DNA of 64,000 nucleotides from Podarcis filfolensis (taxonomy: Eukaryota): the NCBI GenBank assembly GCA_964270895.1, contig OZ185446.1; one strand, given 5' to 3'. Under the pieces are notes generated by a model that was not told the DNA's origin, searched no databases, and saw only the letters and a program-made list of their open reading frames with translations. The position numbers and the translations under genes are program-made. Of the stretch, positions 12,589 to 27,069 are shown piece by piece; the stretch's first letter is position 1, and each line of letters opens with the position of its first letter.

Positions 12589-14199
12589 AGGCTGAAATTG
12601 GATATACACCCAACACCTGAGCCAAAACTCACCTACATCTGGAATCAATAAAGTTGTGGCCATTTTGTGCACTGATTGTTGTCTGCTTGAGTTTATTCAT
12701 TACACTTCAGCCACAGACACTGCCCAGGCCTGGGTGTGCTGCAACTGGAACCACAATGCTAATATCATAAAGTCAGCCATATGGCTAGTGACCTTAGCTC
12801 TTATTTCTTTATTGTGCTTTTTAATTCCTCATAATCTAACAATTAACAACAATTTAAAAGAAAATTGATTTGTTTTTGTTTTATTATGTATTTTGTGTTC
12901 TCATTTTGTTTTTTTTATGTTGTGAACTGCCCTGTGATCTTTGAATGAAGTGTGGTATGCAAATTTTTAAGAACAACAACAGAAGTTACAGCACAACATG
13001 ACAATCTATAAAATAAGATGGGGGGAAAACAGAATGAAGATTGAACATAATACGGAAAATGCTCATATGGGTTATTCACATTGAGATTCTCTGGAAAAGC
13101 AAGCTCAGCTCTTGGAAAACTGGCTCTTCTCATATGTTGTCTCAATAAGTAGATTTGCCATTCTAATTTGCATCACCTTATCTCTGGATGAAAGACAGAA
13201 AAATGATTCCATTGGGGGGGGGGGGAGGAATGCTGCTTCATTAGCTGTGCATGTAAGTGGAAGCACTGGTGCCCTTGGTGTCATTGGTATGGAGGAGATA
13301 AATATGAGGAATTGAAACATAAAGTACACTAGGAGAGAGGGTCTTTCCTAGCTCCTGCTTTCTATTTTAAGAAACAATGGTAAGAAAAGAAAAAACTTTA
13401 AAATTAAGTTGCTAGCAATAATAAGAGTATTTCCCCAGAATTCTCAGGAAGCGCAGGGGCATTTCCTCTGCCCTTCATATCTGTTAGGTTCTACATTCTA
13501 CATTTTACTGGGTGGGGGGGAATCTTTTTTCTTATTCAGTTCCCAGGAAAGGGTGCTCTGAATCAAGACAAGATGTCTTTTTGAAAAAGCTTGTGTGACA
13601 TTTTTATAGCTAGATTTCATGAAAGAATTAGTAACTGACATTCAATGATCTGGTGATCGAGATGGCCTTTAGATGTCAGTACTTAAACCTCGGCAAATCC
13701 TAATGTTACATTGCACACGGTGTTCTTTCACAAGCAGGGCTAGATTCAGGATTGTGGGCACTCAAGAGTAGCCTCCTTAACTAGCACGTGGCAGGACTGA
13801 GAGCACGCTGCAGGCGAGAATCCACTGCCAGACAGCACAAGGAAGCAAGCTTTGTGGTACGAAGAGGGGCTTAGGCTGTGGGCCACTTCATTGCCATGCC
13901 AGAGAAGGAGGTAGCAGCAGCAGTAGTCATCAGGCAAGCGAGCAAACCCACAGAGAGGAGCAGACATGATTTGTCAGCATCTGATTCACAGGAATTACCA
14001 TGGCCAGATACTAATAATATGCTATAAAAGCAAGGCTTGCAGATCATTCACAATGCACTGGGATCCCAAGTTTGTACATTACAAGTGACTTCAGCCCAAG
14101 CTACAGTCACAAGGTAGGATTGCGAATTAACACAAGGTAAGATTGTTCTGCTGAGCTCACATTTGCTATGCCTAATACTTACTTTGAAGTGCTGTAGAT

Positions 14200-14760
14200 A
14201 GCTTTAATTAAACACTGTAATAGAGAAATGTATTAATACCATGATGCATCAATATTAATTAAGGAATTAACTCTGCCTGGGCAGCCTTTGGTACTGTCTG
14301 TGTGTGCTGCTCAGCATTTAAAATTCTCTGCATTAGTTGCTACTCTTTATGCCATATGAATTAAAGAAAGTTACAACAAGTTCTTTTTGTCAGCTCTCAC
14401 CGTCTGAGCAGTGAACACAGTCGCTTTTCACCTCAAAGCTCAAACGTCACAGGCAGAGCAATCCATGGAAGACATTGCATGCCAGGCTCAATCACATCAC
14501 ATTAATAAGCAGGCGACAAGTAAATGAAATGTCAAAGCACTACAACTATTGATTGACCGTATAGTACAACATGGTGGAATCTTAATTAATATCCGTGGCT
14601 GCCTGAGAAGAGGCAGCAGCTTGCCTTCCTTATAGATTTCCTCTTGTTGCTTCAAATACACTCATTTTCTGGTGCCATATTTGATGTCCATTCAATTTAT
14701 TCATTTGACTGCCCCCATTCACCATCATCTTTATCTAGATCTGCTATGTAATTAATGCAT
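14200..14760. promoter_or_regulatory. Candidate homeodomain-bound enhancer / conserved non-coding element
   Basis: Repeat-free block with TTAATTAA at 14204, 14255 and 14582 and TAATTA at 14749. Confidence 0.3.
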
Positions 14761-15242
14761 GGGGAAATAAAAACTGGACCAGTGAGCCTCACAAATTCAG
14801 GTTTTAGTCTAGGGCACAATGGGCCAGGAAATTTTTCTGCATGCACTCCACTGAATAGATGACAGCTGCTTAGGAGCATTCAGAGGATAGACGAAGGATC
14901 CACAAGGTACTTGTGACTCAGATGCTACCCTGAACTTTATTATCAGCACAGCCTAGGGGAGATAAATAGATTGGGCAGAAGTTCCAAGAAAAGCAGCCAT
15001 CTCCACATCAGTCGAGTTGTGCCAATAGATGGTGTAATCTCTACAGTAGTTCTCCCCAACAGAGTTCATATTTGAAAGAGGAGGGTCCATCTGCCTCCAG
15101 GGCTTGTGCATGTGCCTTCACACTTGGACACTGATTCCTACAAACTGGCTCCCTCTTGCTCCTGATTCTGTTCATAACCTGCAAACTGTCTTCAGTCAAT
15201 AAAAAATTATTTGCTACTAGTTTGCTCTGTCAATCCGAGAAT

Positions 15243-15570
15243 GGCAGTGGTGATGCCTTGGGTCGAAGATTGGGGGGCAGTGGTGCATTGCACATGTGAC
15301 TTCATGCACGCAACGAGCCTGACACGTCACATGCATGACACATGTGTCATTGGGGTGAGGCCTTACCCAGCACCACGCAGCTTCAGTGGCCATGGCTTCT
15401 CCTGTCTCGCACTCAGAAAGAGCCTGCCTTTGACGTCGCACTGAGCTCGGCCCAGCACTTTGGCCTCCTTTGCCGCCTCAATAATGGGAGGGGGGCTGAG
15501 TCCCCTGCTAAGAAATATTGAGGGGGTGGACATCACCTCCGCCCCCAGAGTCACCTGGAGAACAGCATGG
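15243..15570 (+). mobile_element. Degenerate hAT-like non-autonomous element
   Basis: GC-rich island sharing gcagcttcagtggcc and aatattgagggg motifs with 62500-62815. Confidence 0.45.
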
Positions 15571-17906
15571 CATTGACATCTTAGGCACGCATTGAAGCTG
15601 CCACCTTGCAGCAGTGAAGAGCTCCAGCAACCTGCCTGCCGCAACCAAGAAGAGTTCAGTGGTCCAAAGGACCTTCACGTTGTGCAGTGCTTTAATCATC
15701 ATCAACAAAAACATTGTAGGCTGACCTACAACAACTTTTAGAAAGAAATTCAAAGCTGCAGAGTTTGAGATATTAACATATTCAACCGACATTTAAATTC
15801 AATTTAGGACTACATGAGGCAGATAATAGAATATCCAGTATCACTTAGAGCTATATGTGATAATCGTGTGACATTTTAATCTAACACTAGCCTTCTTTTG
15901 GTGGTGGCTTGATATGCTTTTGAAACTGCTGATTGAGAAAGACAGGAGCTTTGAATCTATTGCTTCTTTCCCTCAAGTCCAATTGGAAATTTCCAATAAC
16001 CAATTCTGTCTAGCATCACTGTGCTTGAACTGCTCAAGTGTGCATCTCGTAAACCTCCACAGTCTTATCTACTCGATAACACTCTGAGAAAACCAGCTTT
16101 ATATCAGGAGTAACCTCAATGACTGAAGAAAAGCACATGCTGTCAAGAGCTTAGAAGAATACTGTGATTTATCTGTCTAACTCCCCCGTCCCCCCAAAAA
16201 AACATGTTAGTAGCTATAATATGAATCACAACTAAAGCATTGAAGCGTTAATATTTACATCAGTTTATTTCTACAGCATTTTTTATTCATGCTCATTCCA
16301 GAATTCTGAGAGCCTACAATAAAATAAATTTATTAAGGTGAACAAATAAATAAATTCTCTCTCAAATTTGCATTTCATGTACAAACTGGACTGTTCCATT
16401 TCTTTCTACTTTCTTTTCTTTTCAGGGGAAACGGTTGCTTCCACAGAAAGGAAGGAATGATCAGCTTGGAAAAAACCAGAAGCTTTAATAGGAATGAAAT
16501 TGATTAAACAGAGTGTAATATAGCTAAGTAATATTGGTGTGACACTTGATCATGAGATTTCTCTGCATCAAAGCCTCTCTTCCTTACATGAAAGCTGTTC
16601 TGCAAAGGGCCTCAGAAGCCCGTTTAGCATGCTGGAATCACTCCCTTCCCAGGGACAAATTTGTTTTTTGTGAATTCTTCCTTTCATATTGTATTACATA
16701 TATGATGTTATATGATATTAGCCACTCTGAGACTGGCTCCGGCTGGGGTACAATTTTATTATTATTATTATTATACCTTTACATGGTCCTACCCTGAGCA
16801 CAATGAAGCCCACCAAACCGTTATTAATATGCAGTTTTAATTTATTCCTTCCGAGTTTAGATTCCCAACCAGCCAGTATTTACCATTTATACCATTCTTG
16901 GTAGGAAAGAAAGTGCTCTATCAAGTAACTGGTGCATGGGGCACTGGTTCTAGATTTTGCCAGCCTCCATCCATGACCTGCCAGATTTTCCCAAGCCCTG
17001 TCTCAGACCAGGAAGACTATGCCTGGCTGGGATCTGCCCATTTGGCCCTGCCAAATTTATTTATGTCAAGCAAAACTGCTCTTAGCAGGTATTTGGGTCT
17101 ACTTTGTTTTTTAGTGTTGTTTTCTTCTACAAACCTATTCACTAGGTATAGCAATGTAGACAGTTCTCAGGTGTGAAAATTTGCACATTTATTTTTAGCT
17201 CCCAGGCCCATCAGCCAGTGATCCGATGCAAACAGGTGCCATAAATCATGTCTGCTGATGCATGCATAATCCAATGTGCCACTTTGGATTACTTCTTCTT
17301 GGCACAAACAAAGGGGAAACCACTGTTCCTGAACTTCACATCTCCTTCAAGGATGACTGGGTGGAGATAGTGATAGCCTGCACAGACACAAATCCCCCTC
17401 CTGCCACACTGACCCAGAATGGCTGACAAAGAAGAAAAGGGAAACTTTCCCCTTTCAGTTGAGTCTTATATCTGAGCATTCAGAGAATATGTGAAGAACA
17501 TTAGAATTCATTTCAGCTATAAAGAGTTGTGTACCGCGATTGCTGTCACCGGTTTAGTATAAATATGAATTGAACATACCATGGCATTTTGTAACGCAAA
17601 CTCTAAGGTCTTCAGTAGAAATTAAATTGAAAAAGAAGTTCTGGATTATCCCAATTTGCTCTATTTACCCAGGCTTCATAACTTAGTAAGATTGGTCTGA
17701 AAGGGGCGCATCTTTCAGGAACTGCCCTGAAAGGAGGCCCAAAGTGTTGACCCATTCTGAGCCAGGGCAATCCGTCATTTGATTGCCCAGATGCCCTCGG
17801 TCTCAATCACCTTTGTTTATCCTGACTAACTTGGTTGCATAGGCAAATCTGCTTGGATGTATTTCATCACCACTTAATCTCTGACTGGATTTTTCACCAT
17901 TTAAGG

Positions 17907-18157
17907 CATGAGTAGGCAAACTAAGGCCTGGGGTGGGTTCTGGCCCAATCGCCTTCTCAATCCGGACCGCGGACGGTCCAGGAATCAGTGTGTTTTTACA
18001 TGAGTAGAATGTGTCCTTTATTTAAAATGCATCTCTGGGTTACTTGTGGGATATAGGAATTTGTTCATTTTCAAACCTTTAAAAATATAGTCCGGCCCCC
18101 CACAAGGTCTGAGGGACAGTGAACTGGCCCCCTGCTGAAAAAGTTTGCTGACCCCTG
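17907..18157 (-). mobile_element. hAT MITE (caggggtcagcaaac family)
   Basis: Reverse complement of the copies at 38704 and 61386; TIRs catgagtaggcaaact / agtttgctgacccctg. Confidence 0.85.
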
Positions 18158-19731
18158 AACTTTAAGGAAACAAAGAGACCTGAGAAAAGGCAGCGCTGAA
18201 GCTGCCAAAGAGGGGGAATGAATGAAACAGCATCTGCACTTTGTTAGATCTGAAAAGTGAGATGGACAAACAGCTGCCACAGTGCTGATAGTTAGTCACC
18301 AACTTTCTACAAAAGACACAACCTTCTTACTTCTTTGTTAATTTTCATTTAAGTCCCAGATAATATTTGTCCTTGAACAGGAAAATGTTGGATTCTCTTC
18401 CCACCTTTGCCTTTTGTTACCCGCACACCCACCAATTATCAGTCGAAAACAGATGAGCCGGCTTTGTGAGGCTATGTGAGCCGATGTCTCCCTATCTCCA
18501 CTTCCTTACTCTCTGCCTGCTGTGACATAACACGGGGAGCTGAAAGGGCACTGGAACATGCAAAACTGCTGATCCCTGAAGAGCGCCTCTCCAAAGAGGA
18601 TTCTGTTACTTTCCACCCCGTGCCAATTTAGAAGAATGTACCAGTCAGCAGTCAGGTCATGCATTGTGCTAGGCATGGCGCCTGAGGATGCAAAACAAAG
18701 GCTCTTCCTTGGGCTTGCAGACCAGCAAGCCGCTGATTCATCCCGCAAAGCCATTTCTCTATCTTTACTTGAACTGCCAAATTTCTGAAGCCCTGAAATA
18801 ATTTTAGAAAGCATTTCAAACTGTTTATCTTCAGAGAAAGCTTTCACATATATTTCCTTGCTGCAGAACCCTTGGGCACTGCAGACAGTTCTGGAGCCCC
18901 ACTTGCTTTGCCCTTTTCCTTGAGGTGTTTATGCGGATCAGGCCCAAAGGGAGATAACAAATCCATGGGCAGCAATGGCGAGGAAGAGGTGTGCCAGATC
19001 AAGGAAGCACTTGACGGCACACATGCACACAGTCAGGATTAGGGTCCTGACGCCCCCAGGACTTTCCTGGTATACATGCCTGGTGTTTCAGACCTCAGGG
19101 CATGTAAAGAGTTTAGCAGAGTAACTCAGCAGAGTATCAGCAGTAAATGAATCACACGAACAGCTCACTTCATCAGCAAATACGCTTTCCTGAAGCCTTT
19201 CAATAAGCATAGTGGTTGCAAGTTCTCAGCCCTGGCTGGGTGTATAGCTTCAAAAAACTGTTACAAAGAGATGCCAGTGAATTGCATAGCTTGAAAACAA
19301 GACTGACTGACTCTCACACCCGCATGCAGCCTGGAACCTTTCGTTAAACAATGAATACTAATGAGAAAGGACTGCTGAGTCACTACAGTACATTTTTCAT
19401 CTAGGAAACACTCTGGTCCATTTTTAGGCCATGACACACACATGCACACACATCCCATGTGTGAAGCCTGGAGAAAGGATTAAGTGCACAATATGCACTT
19501 GGAACACACCCAGCCCTTTCCTAAGGCTTGCAGGCGAAGTTCAATATTGGCGGGCAAACTGCTTTCAGGCAAACCTGTCTACCATCACAGATCTCCACAA
19601 TGTGGGACCTGCAGTGAGGTTCCAGGAAAACCTCAGGCCTTCCTGGTTCGTAAGTTGCAACCATTGCTCAAATGCAATTATTGCATCAAACACAGAGCAA
19701 AAAAGAAAACACTAGTTCTGCAGTCCTAAGC

Positions 19732-19864
19732 TAAGGTTACCAGATTCTTTCAATGAATCCGGGGACACTTTTCAACTTCCCCATTTCGGAAATGGATTTT
19801 GTCAGGGGACTGATTTATAAATCCGGGGACTGTCCCCAGGAAACGGGGACGTCTGGTAACCTTA
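19732..19864. mobile_element. hAT MITE, 133 bp
   Basis: Perfect TIR taaggttaccaga / tctggtaacctta; perfect 8-bp TSD tcctaagc (19724-19731 and 19865-19872). Confidence 0.9.
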
Positions 19865-20836
19865 TCCTAAGCGTGCTTAGTCTCCTGCAAGCTGGGGCCC
19901 AGCTAGCCCTTTGGTTTACTGCCTTTCATCAAGTTCATTACCAGTTACTGGCAGCCTGCTCCTCTCACTTGAGCCAGATGCAGAAGAGAAGTTCTGCCTG
20001 GTGTCATCAGCTTCCTGAGAACACCTTACTCCAAATCCCCCCACTCAGCCCCCCACAGTGATGTTAAAAACATTGCTTGGTTTCAGAGGTGACACAAATT
20101 GCTGCCCAAAATATGATATAAAATCAAAACCACCAGAATGCCTGTATTACGCAAATCCAATTGAGAATACACGTAAATGTAATAGGCTGTATGATAACAA
20201 TTGCAAAGTTATTTACTAGAAACTACTTCTCAAAAATTAGATACAGCTTCTCATAGTGTCAAAATCAACATCGTGACATAATATATTAAAATGTAGCTTA
20301 TTCAGTTGACCACCAAGTTCAGTATGTACAAAATACAAATCCTATTTTGTCAGTGCTGTAATACATTCATTTCTAATTTCTTCATCTTCTCTTGTATTTT
20401 TCTGTCCAACGTATTCCTTAGAAGAGTGACATGAAATAATCTTCTAAGTGTCTAATGAAGATGATAAAGTTGGTAGACAAAAGAAACTGGCACTGGCAGA
20501 TGCTGGCACAGACAGACAAGGAGTCCTGGATATTCCCCCGTTTTGCCCAAGGGGCTTCATCAGCTGTGTGTAGTTCTAAATCATATAAACATAGACACTT
20601 TGTAATATAATAGCTACATAAATTCCAAAGAAAGATACAAGGATATAATAAATGCACATACCACTATTGTATATAACAGCTACGTAGAACTTATTCGTAA
20701 TAGGTTCTCAGTCGAGATAAACCAGTAAGTCTGAGTACAATATAAGAGCAGGGGGGACACTAACTAAGGCAACAGGTGCAGATAATTCATGTTCATTCAC
20801 TCTTAAAGGAACATTGCTCAATGGCATGCTATAAAC

Positions 20837-20929
20837 CAGGCTTCCTCAACCTCGGCCCTCCAGATGTTTTGAGACTACAATTCCCATCATCCCTGACCAC
20901 TGGTCCTGCTAGCTAGGGATCATGGGAGT
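20837..20929 (+). mobile_element. Truncated hAT MITE related to 4600-4737
   Basis: actacaattcccatcatccctga...gctagctaggg core shared with the 4600 copy; one TIR missing. Confidence 0.7.
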
Positions 20930-21660
20930 TATCATACAGCCTATTACGTTTATGTGTTTTTTCAAAATATGATATAGCCTAAATAGAAAAAGGTTTCTGA
21001 ACTGGAGCAGGGGGTGGCATAGGAAATCTAGTAAATGTAGGAAGTGAGATTTCATAAAATTGGGGAATAGCTGCCTATTCCAATCAATTCATGCTATCTT
21101 TATGATTCTTGATATTTTCTTCTCTTCACTCTTTCTTTCTATATTTCTCTTTCTGGGGCTGCTCATAGAAAGGATGAACTAATAGAAATATCTGTAGCTA
21201 TACTGAAAGTGCCGATTTTTCAAACTTCTTTATGTAATTTCACTAATACATCTCATTTCATGACCCATATCATTGTCTGACTTTCCTCAGAAGCCACCCA
21301 GGCTGTCCATTTCTGGTAATTTGTTTGATGGGAATGAAGGACTGGGATGTGATTACTAAACTTATTTTCGCTTCAGCTTTCCAGAGGCAAAGGCCACTGA
21401 GCACCTAAAACAGCTGCAGTCCCCTGGTCCCCTTGAGTTACTTCCAATTGCAAGTTGCATCAATTCATTTTAAGATTGGCCTATCTGCCATTTGCTACCC
21501 AGAGTCTCGCACACCAGTTTCAGAGTCAAAATTAGCCAGTTCCATTCAGTGAAAATAACTGGAAATCATGTAAAGATTTCATAGGCTTTAATGTACAACT
21601 ACCACAAAAAAACAAACAAACAAAAAAAAACCAGGGGCAGGGGAGAAAGCAGAGTGCAAC

Positions 21661-21775
21661 CTAGGCTTTATTCAATTATACTCTGTGGGTCATATTTGGC
21701 TACCTTAGTTGTGCCTATTAATTTAAATGGGACTACTCTGAGTAAAAATTAGTTGATTACAACCCTATGACTTCC
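21661..21775. repeat. Short degenerate palindromic interspersed repeat (related copies near 28790, 34960, 53130, 53415, 57575)
   Basis: Shared core resembling ccattga(a/t)ttcaatggg...actctgagta in several diverged ~100-bp segments. Confidence 0.4.
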
Positions 21776-22303
21776 AATCCTGACATAGGAGCTAATTCCT
21801 AGGATCCCCATTAAAGTATCTGAGGGGATCAGGCTCCCCCAAAGTTGATGGGCATTGTCATTCAAATGGTGTGCATGTGCTGCATTTTGTGATCAGTTAC
21901 TCAGGGTGGGGCTCACCTGCCCCTGCCCCCAGATTATTCAAGTTGGCACCCCTGCTTCCTGCTTTCATATTTCCACTTTATGCTATGGTTATCAGGACCT
22001 ACAGATTCATCTTTTGACTAACAAAATGTTGACTGTGTTTCATAAGGATGATTTATCCAGCATTTTGACATAGAATTCACACACCCCATGGGACGCAAGA
22101 GAAGCCTCCCATGCTTAAAATGTACCGTGTGACATGGCACATCTGTACATGTATGTTTGCATGCATCTGCTAGAAACATGCATGAGTCATCAAACACAAA
22201 AAGTGTAGATGTGTGAAGACCTGCAGTGCTGTTGTTTCTTTCCTACTTCAAAACTGGAAGCACATAAATATGGTTACACCCACCCACCCCTATAGTGGTG
22301 GTG

Positions 22304-22348
<45 letters not shown>

Positions 22349-22453
22349 TATTACTTATACCCCACCCATCTGGCTCGGCCTCCCCAGCCACTCTGGGTGG
22401 CTTCCAACAGGATATTAAAAACACAACAAAACATCAAACATTAAAAACTTCCC
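22304..22453 (-). mobile_element. L2-type LINE 3' tail with (AAT)n microsatellite
   Basis: (aat)n at 22304-22347 followed by ttatacccc...ccagccactctgggtggcttccaacag. Confidence 0.8.
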
Positions 22454-23269
22454 TTTCTGGGATTCTCACACAGGCTGCATCAAAGAATTTCAGTTCCTCC
22501 TTACTTTCTCCCCCAGGAATGATGCCATTTCCCTTATACTGACTGAAAGAGAGATCAATTCCACAGGGCCTAAGGCTAATCATGAAGTACTTTACAACTT
22601 CCTCTGCTTCACCATGAGGCTGTGAAGGTAGTAAAGCACTATCTGCACACTCAAGGGTGGGCTGGACTGACTTTCCTTCCTCCCATAGCTGCACTGTGGA
22701 CATGTTTACCCCATACAGATGGAGAAGGATCTCTACCACCTCAAAAATACATATTTAAAACAGGAAGAGGGTGGGCTAAAAAGGAGAAGCCTCTGACTAT
22801 ATATTAAAAATTAAAAAGTAAGCCCCATCCCCTGCAAAAGTGGCCCTGGAAATGTCAGAACTTTCTCTGTCCCCCTTTTCCCACCTTCTTCATCCTCCCC
22901 AATCCCCACAAATTCACACAGTCCTCTCAGAGCCTCTCTATTCTGAAGGGAGGGATGAAGGATGATTCCAAGATGGCAGCATTATTTTTCAAGGCACACT
23001 TCCATCCTCCTGTGGTACATGAATGTGTCCAGGTTGGCACACAGTTTGGAAATCCATGAGCATGAGAAGAGATCTGCTGGGTCATAAAAAGCAGCATCCT
23101 GTTCTCAGTGTCCAGCCAGATTCCTCTGGAAAGCCCCCCCCCCCGGCTTGGGCTCCACAGCAGCTGGTTTTCAGAGACAAACTGCCTTTGACTGTGGAGC
23201 TAGTATACATCACTCACCATAGCCATGGAGAGTTTCAAGCTCCATTCATATATTTATATGCACATGGGA

Positions 23270-23800
23270 AGATAGGATCTTTTCCACCCCAATCTGCATC
23301 CCTTTACACTTCCTTACATTTGAATAACATTTGCCATTTTAATGCCCATTCTCCCAGTTCCAAGATATCCTTTTGGAGCTTCTCACAATCCCTTTTAGTT
23401 CTTACCGCCCTGAACAATTTGGCACCATCAGGACTCATTTCTCACCCCTGACTCCTGGTAATTTATAAACAAGTTACAAAGCGTAGCTCCCAATGCTTTG
23501 AGGATCCCAGATTTTTCATCCTTCCTTTGGAGAGGTGAGCATTCTTTCCTCTCCTCTGCTTCCTGTGCTTTAGCCAGATACAGATCTCTAAGAGGATCTG
23601 TTCTCATAGCCCATGACGACTAAGCTTAGGAGTCTTTGGTGAGGGACTTTATCAACTGCTTTTTGAAAGTCCAAGTACACAGTTTCTACTGGGTCACTCC
23701 TATACATATGGTTATTGACACTCTCAACAAGCTCTTAAAGGTTAGCTAGATGTATACTCTTTTGGAAACCATGCTAGCTCTTCCTTGGCAAGCCTTGTTC
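23270..23800 (-). mobile_element. Old CR1 RT-region fragment
   Basis: Reverse complement contains degraded CR1 RT motifs (gtgtacttggactttcaaaaagcagttgataaagtccct, i.e. VYLDFQKAxDKVP). Confidence 0.7.
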
Positions 23801-25265
23801 TTCTATATGCTTTGTGCTTCTACCTTGAGAAATACCATCCACCAGTTTTCCTTGTGCCACAGTGCACTATGAGTGGAATCACAACCCTCGATGGTAGGTT
23901 TTCTAGCATGGACAAATGGCTGGTTTCAAAACTTCTTGAACTATCTAAAGTATGTGCCCCAAGTAAGAAAAGGGAGCGAATGCATCTGGGGCTGAAATGA
24001 GAGACGCAAGCTTCAACTTTTTAATTAGAACAACTTGCCATATGTCAGAAGTTTCACTGAAAGCTACAGATAATGGATTTCCCTTTTCCAGCACATGAGA
24101 GTCAGGTGCACGCTTTGTAGTTAACAGCCAGCTCATTTTACTTGCAGTTTGCCTATATACCAGCTGTAGAGCCATACATAGAAACTTCTTCACTCTGGCG
24201 ATCTTTTCAACTTGCAAAGGAACTGATGGGTCCCTTACTGATGCAATTTCTTTCAGCCTCAGCTAAACTTACACTGGTTGTGTGTCATTCCTCTAACGTT
24301 TCCTTTTTTCTGAAGATAGCGCTTCCTCCTTGTTTTATGCAAGCATGTAATTTGTTTAGCCGTCTGGATTATGGCTTCCAGCCTATCTCCCAAGCACTTT
24401 TAATGGCTGGGAATATGCAAAATGCAGATGCTGTGCGTTTTTTTGGCAGGATGCCTCTGCCTTTCCCCAGGTGTTCAGGTTTGTGACAATCAACTCACAC
24501 TCACTTCAAGAGGTATTACAACTTAACACCAGGTGGGCATGTTTCGTAGATAAGTAGACTCATTACCATTTATCCCTGTGAACTGAAATTGTTCAAGGTT
24601 AAATAGGAACTGAAGGATGTTAGTAGATTTCCACCCCCACCCCCAAAAACCCCCTCTTTAATCATCTTCTTTCTGTAATCATTTCCTGTTTAGCACTCTG
24701 AAGTACTGAAAGGTGTTTAATTTTAATTAGCTGAACATTTCCTTATTTCTCAGGTTCTGCATGCCACTTTACACAACTTCACTCCTCAGCAGAACAGCAA
24801 GAGTCCTTACTAGAGACTCATTTGTAGGGCACAGAGACAATGTTACCAGACCTCCTGCCAAACCCCCACCCCCACGCCAACTGCCCCGTTTCTAATAGGG
24901 CTGTCCACCAGATCTGGCCAAAGCCTGCATCTGGAACCAAACAGAGCAGATCCAGGCTTTGACAAATTGAGCCTTTATGTAGACTAGACAGAGGTGCTCT
25001 TGGTCAGATGGAAGCTGGAACAGGGAATGAGGATCCTGCCTGTGCTGGATGGGGGAACACTTCTCCGTTGGGCATGCTCCTAGACTCACTCAGACCTCTG
25101 TGGTGGCCAGGAGTGCATTGGCACAGTTAAAGCTAGCGTGCCAGCTGTGCCCATTCCTTGAGATGCCTGATTTGGCCACAGGGACACACGCCTTAGTGAC
25201 CTATAACGCTCTACCATATTGTCTCAAATGAACCTTCCTGAGTTTTGACATTTGGGGTGGGAGGT

Positions 25266-25510
25266 CTATGGGAAGCCTTAATCTTGGTTCTGCCACCCAC
25301 CCAGGCACACTTGTGGGGGGTACGGGAGAGGGCCTTCTCGGTGGCTGCTCCCAGACTCCAGAACTCCCTCCCTAGAGAAGTCAGACTGGTTGTCTCCTTG
25401 TCCTTCCACTGGCAGGTGAAGACTTTGGGGAATTGACTGCTTTAATTAAAGGGCTGGTGCCGTGCTGTTTTTGTTGTAATTATTGTTATGTTTTAAACAA
25501 TTTTTATTTA
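25266..25510 (+). mobile_element. Diverged L2 3' fragment
   Basis: gagagggccttctcggtggctgctcccagact...aactccctccc (RAFSVAAPRLxNSLP). Confidence 0.65.
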
Positions 25511-27069
25511 TGTGTATAAATAAATGTCCTTCCACAGTGGGGACATAGGTTTTCGGGCAGGAGTTGATCACAGTGAGGGTTTACCAAATGTGCCTTCCTC
25601 TTAGCTCATTTCTCCCTTTCCTCCTGAGTTTGTGCTTCTTCAAAGTCCATGACTCCTTTGGTAGAAGCTATTATCCAATTGGGGTGCTCGCAGGCCAGCG
25701 TTTCCCAATTTTCTGTGCTTATATTGCATTTTTAAAAAGATTTGCCTTGAGAGCATCTTTAAATCTCATTTGTTGTCCATCGGTATTTCACCTTCCATTC
25801 TTAAGTTGGGTATAGTTGCTTTGGAAGATGATAATCAGGCATCTGAGCAACATGACCAGTTCAACAAAGTTGATGTTGAAGAATCATTGCTTTGACACTG
25901 GTGATCTTTGCTTCTTCCAGCAGTCACACAGCAAGGTGGTTGGGGAAGAAGAGGGGGGGGGGCAGGTAGGCAGCCTCTTCAAAGAGCAGCACAGGGCTAT
26001 TTGCAAAAGAGCCTTGGCTGTGTGCACAGTTTGTGCACAGCCAAACTGGCCAGGATTGACTCTCTGGTGAGCAGAAGTGTGTATTTCTGCTGCAACTGGT
26101 TTTGACAACAGGCACGTGGCATGAAAGATTCCAGAAGAAGGCTGGGGAGGTTCCTGTTAAACCTCTGCTGGTAGGAAGCTCCACTGGGAAGGGTCTGTCA
26201 CACTAAAGGGTCCATCTGCCATGGAGGCCAACCCAGCCTCCTGGATGGGGGACCCAGCAGAAGTGGCCCATCAGAGGATTTCAGTGATCGAGGTGGGGCA
26301 TAAGGAATCCTTAAGGGGTTCCTGCTCAGGAGAACTATCTGAACGTTTCTAAGCAAGCCAAAGTGATGCTGGCGGTTAGGCCATCTGGTGCGCTGGTCAC
26401 CCCACTTGTGTCAAAGCCTGTATTGCTGAGCAGCCTGCTTGCTCCAGGAAACTAACAAGATGAAGACATCCCATTAGAAGTTAGCTTTTGCAAACATGAA
26501 GTTCTCACAGATGGATCTATTTTCCAGAGTGCCATACTGTACATCATATATTCCCAAAGCATCTGTTCCACAAAACAAATTGGCAGAAGCTTGTCTCCTT
26601 GATGACAATGCATTCTGTGGAGCAGATGATATATGAAATAATCTTGACTTTTTTTAATACACTGCATGTGAAGGGTTTTTTATTGCTATAATAAGGACAA
26701 ATCTGTCAAGAGTTAGCACAATTTTTGCACAACATGTATCATTTCCTGTGCAAATTATTCCCATAAAGCATCCCACTAATTGCTCCTATATTAACCTCTC
26801 ACTATAGTTGAATGAAGAAACAGGATGCTTCATGTACTCAGACAACATTATCTTTGTGAAGAAAAAGTTAAATATGGCTTAGGATTTTGTTCTATACCGT
26901 ACAGAGTAAATATGAACTGTGAGCATAATTCAGCAGAAATTCCTCCTGCTCCTCAAGTCATATTCATTTCACACAGACTTGCACAGGAAATTTTCTCACT
27001 GGCTTGCACCCTTTCTTTCTCCCTCTAGTCTCTTAATTTGGTTTAAATGCAGAACTTGTGACCTTCCCA

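Noticed and set aside
12300-12672. Several ORFs spanning the N run
   Set aside because: Artefacts of translating the assembly gap.
16426-16488. Strong plus-strand acceptor followed by short frames (also similar sites at 30540 and 42196)
   Set aside because: All frames close quickly and none gives a recognisable peptide; cannot be supported without RNA data.
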